A stretch of 57,165 nt of DNA, filler included, from Jimgerdemannia flammicorona (taxonomy: Eukaryota), in NCBI GenBank assembly GCA_003990765.1. It is 2 parts of 2 records of this genome, joined end to end, with 100 filler letters (N's around TTAATTAATTAA, not from the genome) between each part and the next. Parts side by side here need not be neighbours in the genome. Positions count along the whole stretch, not along the records: positions 1 to 28,542 come from RBNJ01000554.1; positions 28,643 to 57,165 come from RBNJ01000555.1. One strand, written 5' to 3'. The position numbers and the translations under genes were made by a program. The notes below the pieces were generated by a model. That model was not told the origin of the DNA and ran no database searches. It worked only from the letters and a program-made list of their open reading frames with translations. Position 1 is the first letter of the stretch. Each line of letters opens with the position of its first letter. Of this stretch, positions 23,532-34,509 are shown one piece after another.

Positions 23532-24249
23532 TTGACTCATTCGGTTGTTCAACGATAGTGGCTCAATTGTTTAGTAGATAAGGGCATTCCTGGCGGCAAT
23601 TAACTTGGCAGCGAACTTGAATTTATGCGGCAATGGCCTTGGCTTTAAGCGGTTTGTGGTGCCATAGGTCGGGAATCAGTCGATGGCTTGCTCATCCGTC
23701 TTGACTTGTTAACTTGAAAGGGCAAGATAACTTGGGTCTTTGGTGGTCATTTGAGTATCTTGGCAGTGGGTCGGTCTTTGGCGGTCTAGTATCCTTTGGC
23801 TGGGTGTCCTTGGGTTTCTGGGTCTTGAATCTCGAGTGGCGGTCAAATGGCGGTGGTCCGAATGGTGGTCTGAATGCACGGAGGTCATAGTCTTGAATCC
23901 TTGGCTGGGTCTCGGGTCTCGAATGGCGGTGGTCAGGTAACATTTTCTTTTCGTAGCAAGAGAAAATTCTTTAACTCAAACTTCTGAGTGATCCATTGCT
24001 CTAGGTTGTTATCTTGTTCTCAGAATTTATCTGGTCTCTTGGAGGCAGTGAAGTTTCTCGGTAATTCCTTTTTACTTTTAAACACAAACTGGCTGAGGTT
24101 TATTCACTCTAAGAATATGGGTTATTTATACAAGTTTGCTAGCTATGGGCGCGGCTAAGGTATACTATATTGTGGCAAACATTTGCTATGCTATTGGCTT
24201 GCATGATGTGAGGTGCAGGCTATTGTTTACTACAGATTGGGTTATAGGG

Positions 24250-24515
24250 GATAGCAATGCTGAATTTGGACCTGCTGACAAGATGCTGAAAATGGTGGTA
24301 CTGAGTAGCAACACTGGATTCAGATGAGCTGACATGATATGATGATTGTTGCCAGAAGCGGTTGTGGAGGGTGGCAACACTGAATTCAGACCTGCTGACA
24401 AAAATGCTGAAAACAGTGGTACTGGGTAGCAATGCTGGAAATGGACTTGCTGACAAAAATGCTGAAAACGGTGGTACTGGGTAGCAATGCTGGAAACAGA
24501 CTTGCTGACAAAAGC
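24250..24515. repeat. ~55-bp tandem repeats in U3 of the element 3 LTR
   Basis: Repeated tgctgacaaaaatgctgaaaac(a/g)gtggtactgggtagcaatgctggaaa. Confidence 0.85.
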
Positions 24516-24607
24516 CGGGTTCTCATGGCTGATGAGCGGTACTCTAGAGGGAATAGTACCCTTTGTCTATGGCAGGCAAATCTTGCTGGGTTGTGATTTC
24601 TTCTTCA

Positions 24608-25534
24608 TCATATGTATCTCTCCTCAAAGGGGGGAAGCACTGGCCAAGAGGTGAGGGGGTAGAAAAGTGGCCAGTCATCTTCAACAACATTTTCCAGTCC
24701 CTGAATTGCTTGAATGTGGACAGAGGACTGGTAGACTCTCTGTTGCTCCTCTTCTTCTTCTGAAGACTCGTCAGTTTCAGTGTCAGAGGGGGTTTCTTCA
24801 GGGGCAGGGCCTTGGAGTTCTTGGGCCTCCTCTTCAAAGACAGGAACCTCTTGGGCTTCTTCTTGATTCGGTTCCCAAATGATGAGGTGTGAATTGTGGC
24901 TGACAAGGTGGTGGGTGGTTGGGGTAGCTCCAATGGGTGCTTCTATGGTAATGGGCGGTCCTTCAAATATCTCCATAAGACTCATTAGGTGACCTTGATG
25001 GTTGTCTCGGAGTGGGGTGGTGTGGAAACCTGGCTGAGTAGGTTTGGTTTGTTGGCTTCCTATAGCGATGCAGTTGCTGCCAATAGCATTGACTACTTCA
25101 GATTCTATCCAGTCAGCATCTTCAGTTGAAAGGCAGGAGAGGCTGCCAGCCATTACTCCTTGCAAGTATGCTATGACCCAGGGAATATGGTGGAAGATTT
25201 GGTGGACACGGAGGGCTCTCTTGATTAGCCGGCTAGTGGTTATCAATTCAGTAATAAGGCCTTCCCAGTCGTCTTCTTGAGTCTCATTGCAAAGGCGGTA
25301 TCTGATTTCGTAGTCATGCCAGAGGGTCATTCGTTCAGTAGTGTCTTTGAGCTATTGGGTCATGATATACTGGTAGTTGATGAAGTGTCCAAGGTCCTCG
25401 GTGTAGAAGTTCAAGTGTTCGGAAGTATCTGGGTGCCAGATGGCCTTCTTAATAGCTTCAAAGATCAGGGTCTTTGGACCAGGCAAAGGGGTAGAGTGGC
25501 GGGAGGTCTGGTTGGTTTGGCGAATGGGAGGCAT
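24608..25534 (-). pseudogene. LTR-encoded ORF of unknown function (family 3), 309 codons with one internal TAG
   Basis: ORFs 25352..25573 and 24608..25330 are in frame: MPPIRQT...LWHDYEIRYRL...RVHQIFHHIPWVIAYL, then an acidic tail. Confidence 0.8.
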
Positions 25535-25939
25535 TGTGTGGTGGGTACTTGGTTCTTTGGTGCTGATCCCCAAGGCAGAGTTTGGTTTCTTTAAATAATG
25601 TGGTCTTCATTTTGGCTCGGATCATCTTGTCTTCTTTTAGGATGATCACCTAATGGATCAGGCTGTCTATTTGATTGTCATGCCATTATGTCATCTGATC
25701 TTAGCAGTCACCGGTACTCCATTGTCAATTGTGTACGTCACATCTGCCCCTTGCAAAATTAGAGCCATTCTCAGTGGTGAAGGTTACACAGAGTTGGGTG
25801 GTCTTAACTCCATGGACGAGCAGAGTGTCGGCACATTTGTAAGGACTGGCCATCCTTGTCTAGGGCGAGGGCTCCCATAGTGACAGCTGGGGGTTCGAAC
25901 CCATCAGAAATAGTATTACTTGTAATCTGAGGCAATTTC

Positions 25940-27288
25940 TTAGTAATAATGTCTGTCATGTGGATGGGCTTGAGTCTGGTTCCAATGCTGTTGGCTTTTT
26001 TGAGTTCTAAGTGAAACGTCCGTCGTATCTCCAACAGAGATGACACAGACAGAGTGAACAGGATTGTTCAAATGCATTTTGCTTCTCTTGAGTAGTAGAG
26101 TCTTATGCAGTTGTGGTGTATCTTGGTCTTGAGTATAACTCCATCCAAGGTCTTGAGTTGATAAGTATGGTTTGAGAATACTTGGTGTATGAGATAGGGG
26201 CCTTCCCATTTTGGTTCAAGCTTGGCACTTCAATTTCCTTCTATGATGGTACGGTACACTAGAACCTTTTGTCCAATGAGCAGGGGTTCGAGGTCGGCTT
26301 TGTGGTCATAGTACCTCTTTTGTCATTCTTGTGCCTTGGCGATAAATTCTTGTGCCTGCTGGTGTACATCGTGTAACCAGGTAATCTCTTCTGTGACTCA
26401 CTTTGACAGGTCTAGCTGGACTGGTTCAGTAGGATCTTGTGCTTCTCGGCCATACACCAAATAGAAGGGGGTCTGTTGAGTAGCAGTTGCCTTAGAGGTA
26501 CAGATACTAAACAGAATTGCCAGTAGATAGGTATCCCAGTTTAGTTGATCTCCGGTTCTACTGAGACCTCACTTGATGGTCTGGTTCATTCGTTCAGTGA
26601 GTCCATTTGCCTGTGGGTGATAGGCTGTTGTTGGTCGTAGCTTGATCTTGAAGTTGCTCACAAAGGTCTTCATGGCTTGGTTGACGAATTCTTGGCCTTG
26701 GTCTGTAATGATTTCCTTGGGCACACTATGGTGGCTGAAAACTTCATCATACAGGATCCCAATAATTGTCTGAGCATTGGCCATCTCAATGGCAAAGGCT
26801 TCAGGCCATTTTGTCAGGTGGTCTTCAATGGTGAGGATGTAGCATTTTCCTCAGCTGGTTACTGGTAGGGGTCCAATAATATCTATTTCCAGTCTTTGAA
26901 AGGCTCCAGCTGGTGCTGCGATTGGTATTAATGGTGCTCTGTTGGTAGGCTTCTGTCGGTATCTTTGGCAGGTATCACATTGTTGAATGTGTGTTGAAAT
27001 TTGTTTTCTCATCTTGGGCCACCAGTATCGCTTCTTGATTCTTGCGATTGTGGCACCAATTCCTCAGTGTGCATTTTGGTCATGATTTGTTGTCAGGATC
27101 TTCAATATTTCTTTTTCTCTTGGAACTCGGATATACTGCTCTCCTTCTACTCTCCAAAGTTCACCATCGCCTTCTTGGAATTTCTTGAAATTCCTTTGGA
27201 TAAACAACTTGTGGGCTGGTTGGATTCCTTTCTTGAAGCTTCTATGGTGCAGACTCCAGGTGAGGGCAAGGTGCAATTCTTGGTTCAT
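25940..27288 (-). pseudogene. Integrase of element 3, separate ORF starting MNQELHLAL
   Basis: The ATG overlaps the RH stop (ATGA). Motifs YWWPKM, CDTCQ, ITDQGQEF, WEGPYL. Confidence 0.85.
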
Positions 27289-28542
27289 TTGGGTGAGCGG
27301 GAAGTAGCCTTCTCTTGTGGGGGCTCCTTCCCTTCTTGTTGGTTTTGCAGGATTCTTGACAGGGTATCGACATTGGAATTCTTAGTACCTTTCTTGTAGA
27401 TAATAGTGAACTGATATTCTTGCAGAGACATGATCCATCTAGTGAAGATTCCTGAGGGCTCTGGCTTATTGAATAACCATTGTAGAGCTTAATGGTCAGT
27501 AATGAGGGTGAATCTCTTTCCCAAGAGATAGTGTTGGAAGTGGTCCACAGCCCAAACTACTGCTAGGCATTCCAACTTAGTGGCTCCATAGTTCGCTTGT
27601 GTTTCATTCGTGGACTTGCTAGCATATTCGATAACATGCTCCCTCTTTTGGTCATCTTGCTGAGACAGAATTGATCCAAGTCCTAAGGCTGAGGCATCAG
27701 TTGCCAGGATGAATGGTTTGCCAAAGTCTGGTCGCACCAGGACAGGGGCTTTGGTAAGGGCCTTCTTGAGTAGGTCAAATGACTTTTGTTGTTCTTCTTT
27801 CCAGTAGAATGGTTGGTCCTTCTTGGAGATGTCTTGGAGAGGTGCTGCCTTATCTGAGAACCTTGGAATGAATCGTCGATACATAGTAGGATGCCAGCAT
27901 AAGGAAAGATAGGGTCTCCTTTGCTGAGGTCGGGGTTGGGTAGTTCTTGACTTTCTCCACCTTGCGGGGGTCGGCATGTGTTCCTTGAGCTGAGACAACA
28001 TATCCCAGATATTCGACTTGATATTTTCTGAAGAAGCACTTCTTGGCATTGAGTCTGAGTTCTGAATTTCGAATGGTATTGAATACTTCGCGGAGGTCTT
28101 GCAAATGCTGCTCAAATGTCTCAGAGTAGATGATTACATCATCTATGTACACTAGTACATTTCTTCCAATGAGGTCCTGGTAGATATAGTTCATCATTCA
28201 TTGGAATGAGGCGGGTGCATTGCAGAGTCCAAAGGGCATTTGTAGGTATTCATACTGTCCTCGTCTGGTGATGAAGGCCATCTTGCAGATATCTTCTTTG
28301 GCAATGGGTATTACTTGGAATCCTTGGAACTGGTTGGTAGTGGTCATGTATTTGGCTTTTCCAAGGGCATTGATGAGGTCATCAATTCTTGGCAGTGGGT
28401 AGGCATCTTCTGTTCTGACTTTGTTGAGTTTTCTGAAATCCACGACTAATCTCCATCCTCCTTTCTTTGGTACTATGATTGCTGGTGAAGCCCAGGGGCT
28501 TGATGATGGTCTGATGACTCCATTTCATAGCATTTCATCTAT

Positions 28543-28642
28543 NNNNNNNNNNNNNNNNNNNNNNNNNNNNNNNNNNNNNNNNNNNNTTAATTAATTAANN
28601 NNNNNNNNNNNNNNNNNNNNNNNNNNNNNNNNNNNNNNNNNN
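28543..28642. other. Assembly gap or artificial linker
   Basis: 44 N, then ttaattaattaa (stop codons in all frames), then 44 N; exactly 100 bp. Confidence 0.95.
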
Positions 28643-31600
28643 TTTTTTTATAGTCCCTTGGACTCCGTCTTTATTCCCAATCTATGAATAAGTATACAAA
28701 AACACCACCCTCTACCCTATCCCCATCGGGGGACCTCTCCCCACCTCTTCATGTGTAAAGACCACCCTCTCACCAACAACTCCAACCCTCCCACCACTCT
28801 GACCACAGATTTTTACCACCAAGCGGTGCCTCTGACCCCCCTGCAGCCCCCAACCAAGCCACCAGCCTGTCAAGGTATCCTCCATAAGGTACTGCCACTG
28901 TGATAACTGGCTCCCCAAGCTCTGTTGCCTCCCCTTCTTAAATACAAATAGCCAGTGACTGGCCAGCCCAACCCAAATAGCCAATGCCCAGTCTAGAGTA
29001 ATCTACTCCTCCCCTACCCCTCCTATCAATCAATCCCTCAGATCCTCCCACCTCCCCCATATATCATCACCCCTATGCCTTACCCCCAAGCAGTCCCCAA
29101 TGGCCCGCCAAAAGTCACCCAACACCTCACACTCCCCAAGCCAATGTTCTGGTGTCTGTACAAATCCCCCTTCCTGCCCTACATTATGGCACTTCTCACA
29201 GTCAAAGCAGCCCCCCACAACAAGGTGTCCTGAGCAGAAGTTAAGCATCACATTTCTCCTCAGTACATGCTACCAGACCACCCAGTACTTCAGTGGCATC
29301 CAATTTTTCACCATGGCACTCCAGGTCCAAACCCCCTGCCAGTCCCACTCCTCACCAATTCCAACTCCTTGCCAACCACTAGGCTACAGATCCTGGCCTG
29401 GTCCCCTTTGGCATTTGATTCCATCACCAATGTCGAACTCCAGTAAAGGCATGCCTCCCAGAAGAATGCTGTCCCATCTCCACATCACCAGGCCCCAAGC
29501 CCTCTCCCCCTTATCCCCTTGCCAGCGAATATCAATACAGTATACCCCCTCAGCTATCCCCCACCAGAAGCCTTTATATCGCAGTTGCTCAGTATTCTGA
29601 AGCCCAACTAATGAAAAAAGATCACCAGTCAAGCCTCTTGGTGATGTCCGCCTCTCCCATACCTTCTGCAGCAGAGGAACCCAGCCCCCTCCATGCAACT
29701 CCACTGCCCTCCTAAGCCACTATGCCCTCAAGCAGTGTAGTCTTTTGGGGAAGTCCACCAGCCCAAGACCACCTCTCACCCCCAGTAGGGACAGTGTCTC
29801 CCAACCAATCTGACTCTGTCTGCCAGCCCAAATCCATCCCTTGGCCACCTTCACCAATCGCTTCACCACCCAGGCTGGGAAGTCCAGATGATAAGCCAAA
29901 TACCACAGTTTCAGCAGCCAGTATACATTCAAAATCGAGATCCTTCCTGCCAGAGAGAAGTGTCTTCTCCCCCAACCCCACAGGTCCTCCTCCCAAATTC
30001 CAATCCTCTGCTCCCACCACAGCCTGGGCAGAACAGACCCATAGACTGACAAATATATGCCCAAGTACTGCACTACCTCTCTGGTGGGGAAAATTGTTCC
30101 AATAATCTCTCCGCCCACCAGTCCATTGCCTAGCACCATCGTTTTGCACTTGTGCCAATTCAGCTTCACCCCAGAGTTCTCCTCATACCACTCCACTGTC
30201 TTCTTGAGCTCCTCGACATCCACAGTTACTCCCAAACCAACCACCATGTCATCTGCAAAGACTCCAACTTTTCAGCCAATTCCATAGATAGAAAGCCCCA
30301 CAATCCTCCGCCAAATTCGGTCCATTAGAGGCTCCAAGGAAAGTGTATACAAAATGGGGGACAGTGGGTCCCCCTGGGGCACTCCCCTACCCAGAGGGAA
30401 TGCTACCCCTCTATGTCCATTACACACAAGCGCAGCCCTACTTATTTCCAGTAGGCTGACCATCACCACCTGAAATGGGACCGGAACCCCAATCCTATCC
30501 AACACTTTCGCCAGCCAGACTCACCACACTCAGTCATAAGCCTTCTCCTGGTCCAAGAAGACAAGATGCCCATCCAGTCCACAGGCTCGAGCACCCTCAA
30601 TAACTTCATATACCCAGGCCATGCTATCTCAAATAAGCTGACCCCCTATGAAGCCCCTCTGCTCAACACCCACAATTTGTTGGGCCACCTTCTGCAGCCT
30701 TGTGACCACCACCTTAGTCACCAACTTTCTGTCCATATCTAGCAACATTATCGGCCGCCAGTTCTTCCAATCCTCTCGCCTTCCCTTGTTCTTATAAAGT
30801 AGTATCACCAGTCCAAGATCCTGCTCCCCCACCCATCTCCCTGACTGCAATATAGAGTTACACAGTGCTGTCAACTCTCCCAATATGTCCAGGACTCCAA
30901 CCATTCGCTTCCAGAAGTCCAAGGGGAGGCCATCCTCCCCAGGTGCCATATCTGAGGCTGTCACGGCAAGAACCTGGTGGATCTCGTCCTCCTTTACAGG
31001 TATCACCAGGTCACCTAATCCCTTAGCTCGTGGAGGGTACCAATCTTCTAATGTTTGTTCAATGGCTGTAGCATCCACCCCACCCTCCTCCTCACTCCAC
31101 AATCCACTCCATCACACCTTCAGCATTCCAAGGATATCCTGTACACTATGCACTAGTCTACCATCTGAGTCAAGTACCCCTTCCCACTGCTGCTGTACCC
31201 TTCTTGCTCGAAGTGTCCTCGTAAGAAACTTGGAAGGCCTCTCCCCTTCCTCCAGCCCCTGCCAATGAAGCCATGCCACCAGGCCTTATACCCTTGACTC
31301 TTCCTCTTCCCACAGCACCTGTTGTAGTTCCCCAACCTCCATCTTTACTCTTGTTATTCTCCAATCCTCCTCTCCCTCCACTACTGTCAGACTCATCCAC
31401 TCCTCCAGAAGCCTAGCCAATCTAGTAGAAGCCCAATGTACTCTCTGCCTTCACTGCCTCTCAGCCACTCTGCCAGCCTTGCTCCAATACATCCTGACCA
31501 TCTCTTTTATTCTCTTCCACTGAACCCCAATTGTGGCCCCTTCCTGCCACCAATTCGCCACCTTCATCTAAATGTCATTTGCCCACTCCTCCCACTGGGA

Positions 31601-34509
31601 CTCATCATTCAACAAGGAGGAATTCAGGCGCCAATGTCCAGGCCCATCACCACTTCCCCCAAAACACCCCTGTCCCAAAAGGCCCCAGTGGTCTGACCAC
31701 GGACACCATTCTACCTCTAGCACCTTCTAAACATCATGGCCCCAGCAGTCGGCTGTCAGAATCCAGTCAATTCTTGTCCCCAGACCTCTAGCCCAATGCG
31801 TATATATCCTCCTGTCTACCCAGTATTCCCTACCAGTATCCACCAGTGCTCTTAGCCTTTCGACCTCCTCCGACATTGCCAGCCCCCCACTCCTGCTCTC
31901 AGCACCCCATCCTCCATTAGTTCTATCCAGCCATACATTCTGAACCATATTGAAATCACCTCCAAGTATATCCAATCTAGCTTCAGCAAGGATCCCACTC
32001 TCCAGGAGCCCTTTCACCCAATCCACATGCTCCCCCCACACAGCAGGGCAGTAACAGGAGCCAACTGTAACTGGCTCCCAACCTGCATGAATCCACTCAC
32101 CCCAGACCAGTCTCTCCCCCCAGCTCCTCATATTCTGTATCTCCCCTCTGCCTTTCCAAACCAGAATTCCAACCTTGCTGTTCCAAATCGCCATGCCACC
32201 CTATTCCTTAGTCCATTCTATCCTATCAGAATCATCCTCACACCTGACATCCTGCAAGAGGAAGAGATCAGCCTCCAATCCCTTCAATCAAGTAAAAATG
32301 TTCCTGCATCTAGCTGCACCCCTTAGCCCATTCACGTTCAAAGAAAAAATATTGGTTGTACTGTTCATAATGAAATATGGTTTGTATGCAATCAATCTCT
32401 ACTGCTCCATGCCCATCTCCTCCTGTGCTGTGTCCAGATTGTGTTCAGCCATCACCTCCTCCTCTTCAGCCCTCTGAGCCTCCAGTCCAGCCAACAGCTC
32501 ATTCATCTCCTCATCAGCCTTCTCCTCAAACTCCTCTCTGTACTTGATGCAAGCCTTCTGCCAAAGCTGCAACCCATGACACCTGTTCCAACAGTACTCA
32601 GCCTTCTCTCCAGTGACAACTGCCAACTCTGCCTCCCTCTCCTTGTCCACCTCATACCCTTTCTCCTCCAGATATACCGCAAGAATTTCCACCTTCAGTG
32701 CCATCACCACTCCTTCCCCCTGCAAAATTCTTGCCCAGTGCTCGTCACCCATCCCACGCAAGTCTACCTCCTCCAGCTCTTCTGCCACCAAGTTGTTCAT
32801 CATCTGGCACATCCAAAGTAGGTTCCCCACCTCCTTCCCACCAGGGGTCACTGGCCTTCCTCTGTCCAGCATCATGGTGTCAGCTCCAGCACTCACATCC
32901 TCATCCCACACCTCCGGGACATCCACCAGTTCCTCCTCCCTGGCTGCCACTACCTGGTCCCCATCCATTACCTCTGGAACACTGAATTTCACCTACTGGG
33001 TCTCCAGCATCGACACATCCTCCCCAGATTTGTTCCTGGAAGCTGGGCCACGCCTGATAAGAGGGGAAGGGGTGGGGGAGTTCTCCCAGACTTCCTCCCA
33101 AACCTCTAAGGTGCCATCTGCATATGGGTCATTAATCTTCACCTCCTTTGCCTTCCCTGTCTTTGCCCCATCATTCCCACTCCTCTCACCAGCCCAGACA
33201 CTCACTTCGGCCCCTTCTGCACCCATCTTCATGCTCGCATCCTTCTGTGGTCCACCCCCCAGTTTAGCCAGCAGATTCTTCTGCCTCTTCCACCTCTGAG
33301 CCCTTTCCCACTGCACCTTGTCTACTTGAATCCTCTTCCCATCCACTATCTCCAGGTGTGTCAACTCCTCAAAAGTCTTCCAGGCCTTGGCATGCCATTC
33401 TACAGCCCCATCCAGCTCCTCCAGCACTTCCAATAAATCCTCCTCCTCTTCTTCACTTCCTTTCACCCACGTCACCTTGCACAGGAATGCACCCCAAACC
33501 ATTGCTGAAGGCCAGTCCCACATCTTCCCAGTAGCCTCTTTTCCGGCCAGCTGAATCCTCACATCCACATCCCCAGTCCTGAGTGTGGTCCCTTCCCAGA
33601 CCCTGAATCCGATATTCACCACCTCACCATACTCTGCCATGACATCCTCCACTCTCTTCCTCATCTCCATTGCCATCACCATGGGGACTCCTTTTACCAG
33701 CAGTTGGACCACCCTCAGATCCCATTTCAAACACCTCGCCATTGGAACACACACCTCTCCAACCACCAGCCCAACCCTCAGTGCCTCCTCCAGCAGTTCA
33801 ACCTCCTTAAAACCCACCTCCACCTCCTCTATTCCCTTCAAGAACTTCACCGAAGCTGCTCCAGCCACCTGCTTAGCGATAAGCCCCAACACCATTTTCG
33901 CCGTCACTGCTAAGCCCCAGAAACACAGTGTAACTGCAAACGCTGAGATCGACTTCTTGAGTAATAGAGCCACCACCAGTTCTGTTACACCATCTGCCAG
34001 ATCCCCGGGCCTCGTGCCCTTCCCACCATTCGGCTCACCATCAGTAGTCCCATCTAGATTTTTTTCCAGATCACCTGTCACACCCCTATCAGCAGTCCCC
34101 GCCCCAGCTGCTACCCCCCCAGCTCCCCCCCTATGGCCCTCTAGAGAGGTACCCCCAAGAGGTTGCTGCCTGGCAGCCTTCACTGGTACCTTCCCCCCTC
34201 ACAGCCAGCTCTCCAGTCCAGCCCCTTACCGACCCCCCTTCACCTTCTCTGCAAATCTCACCCTGCCAGACCCTTGATCTCCAGCTCCGCCCCCTCCTCC
34301 ACTATGGCCTCCCACCAGCAGGCCCCTCATACTTCCCCCCAAGCCAGGGCCTCTCCCCACTTGCTGCCATTCAAACGCTCCAGGGCCACCCTGCCCAGTA
34401 TGCACCTCTGGATGCTTGTTGCTCACCATAATACTAGTAGCTTTTCTCCAGAAACTGTATTAAAAGTATTGCCAAAGATCATGTAACCTGAATGTTACTG
34501 GAGAAAGGT
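28643..34509 (-). mobile_element. L1/Tx1-like LINE copy A, essentially full length
   Basis: ORF1 ~34183-32399 (RRM-like EYGEVVNIGFRVWEG, acidic tail). ORF2 32368-28712: APE MNSTTNIFSLNVNGL, GGDFN, TRIDW; RT KNWRPI, GVPQGDPLSP, FADD. aataaa plus A tail at 28643. Confidence 0.92.

Larger units (their letters stand above)
23204..25742 (-). repeat. 3' LTR of element 3 (~2.5 kb)
   Basis: TGTGACGT...ATGCCACA imperfect inverted termini. atat flank at 23200-23203, TATA tataaata near 24123-24130, tandem repeats at 24250-24515. Only one copy is in the window, so the distal end is inferred. Confidence 0.7.
23204..28542 (-). mobile_element. Ty3/gypsy element 3 (3' half: RT, RH, IN, 3' UTR, 3' LTR), relatively young
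   Basis: DFRKLN, MPFGLCNAPASFQ, VYIDDVII, TDASALGLG, ITDQGQEF, TAYHPQANGLTER. PPT aaggggcaga precedes the LTR start TGTGACGT at 25742. CpG largely retained. Confidence 0.9.

Noticed and set aside
28543..28642. ttaattaattaa as a biological palindrome
   Set aside because: It is centred in a symmetric 100-bp N run and is an assembly linker.
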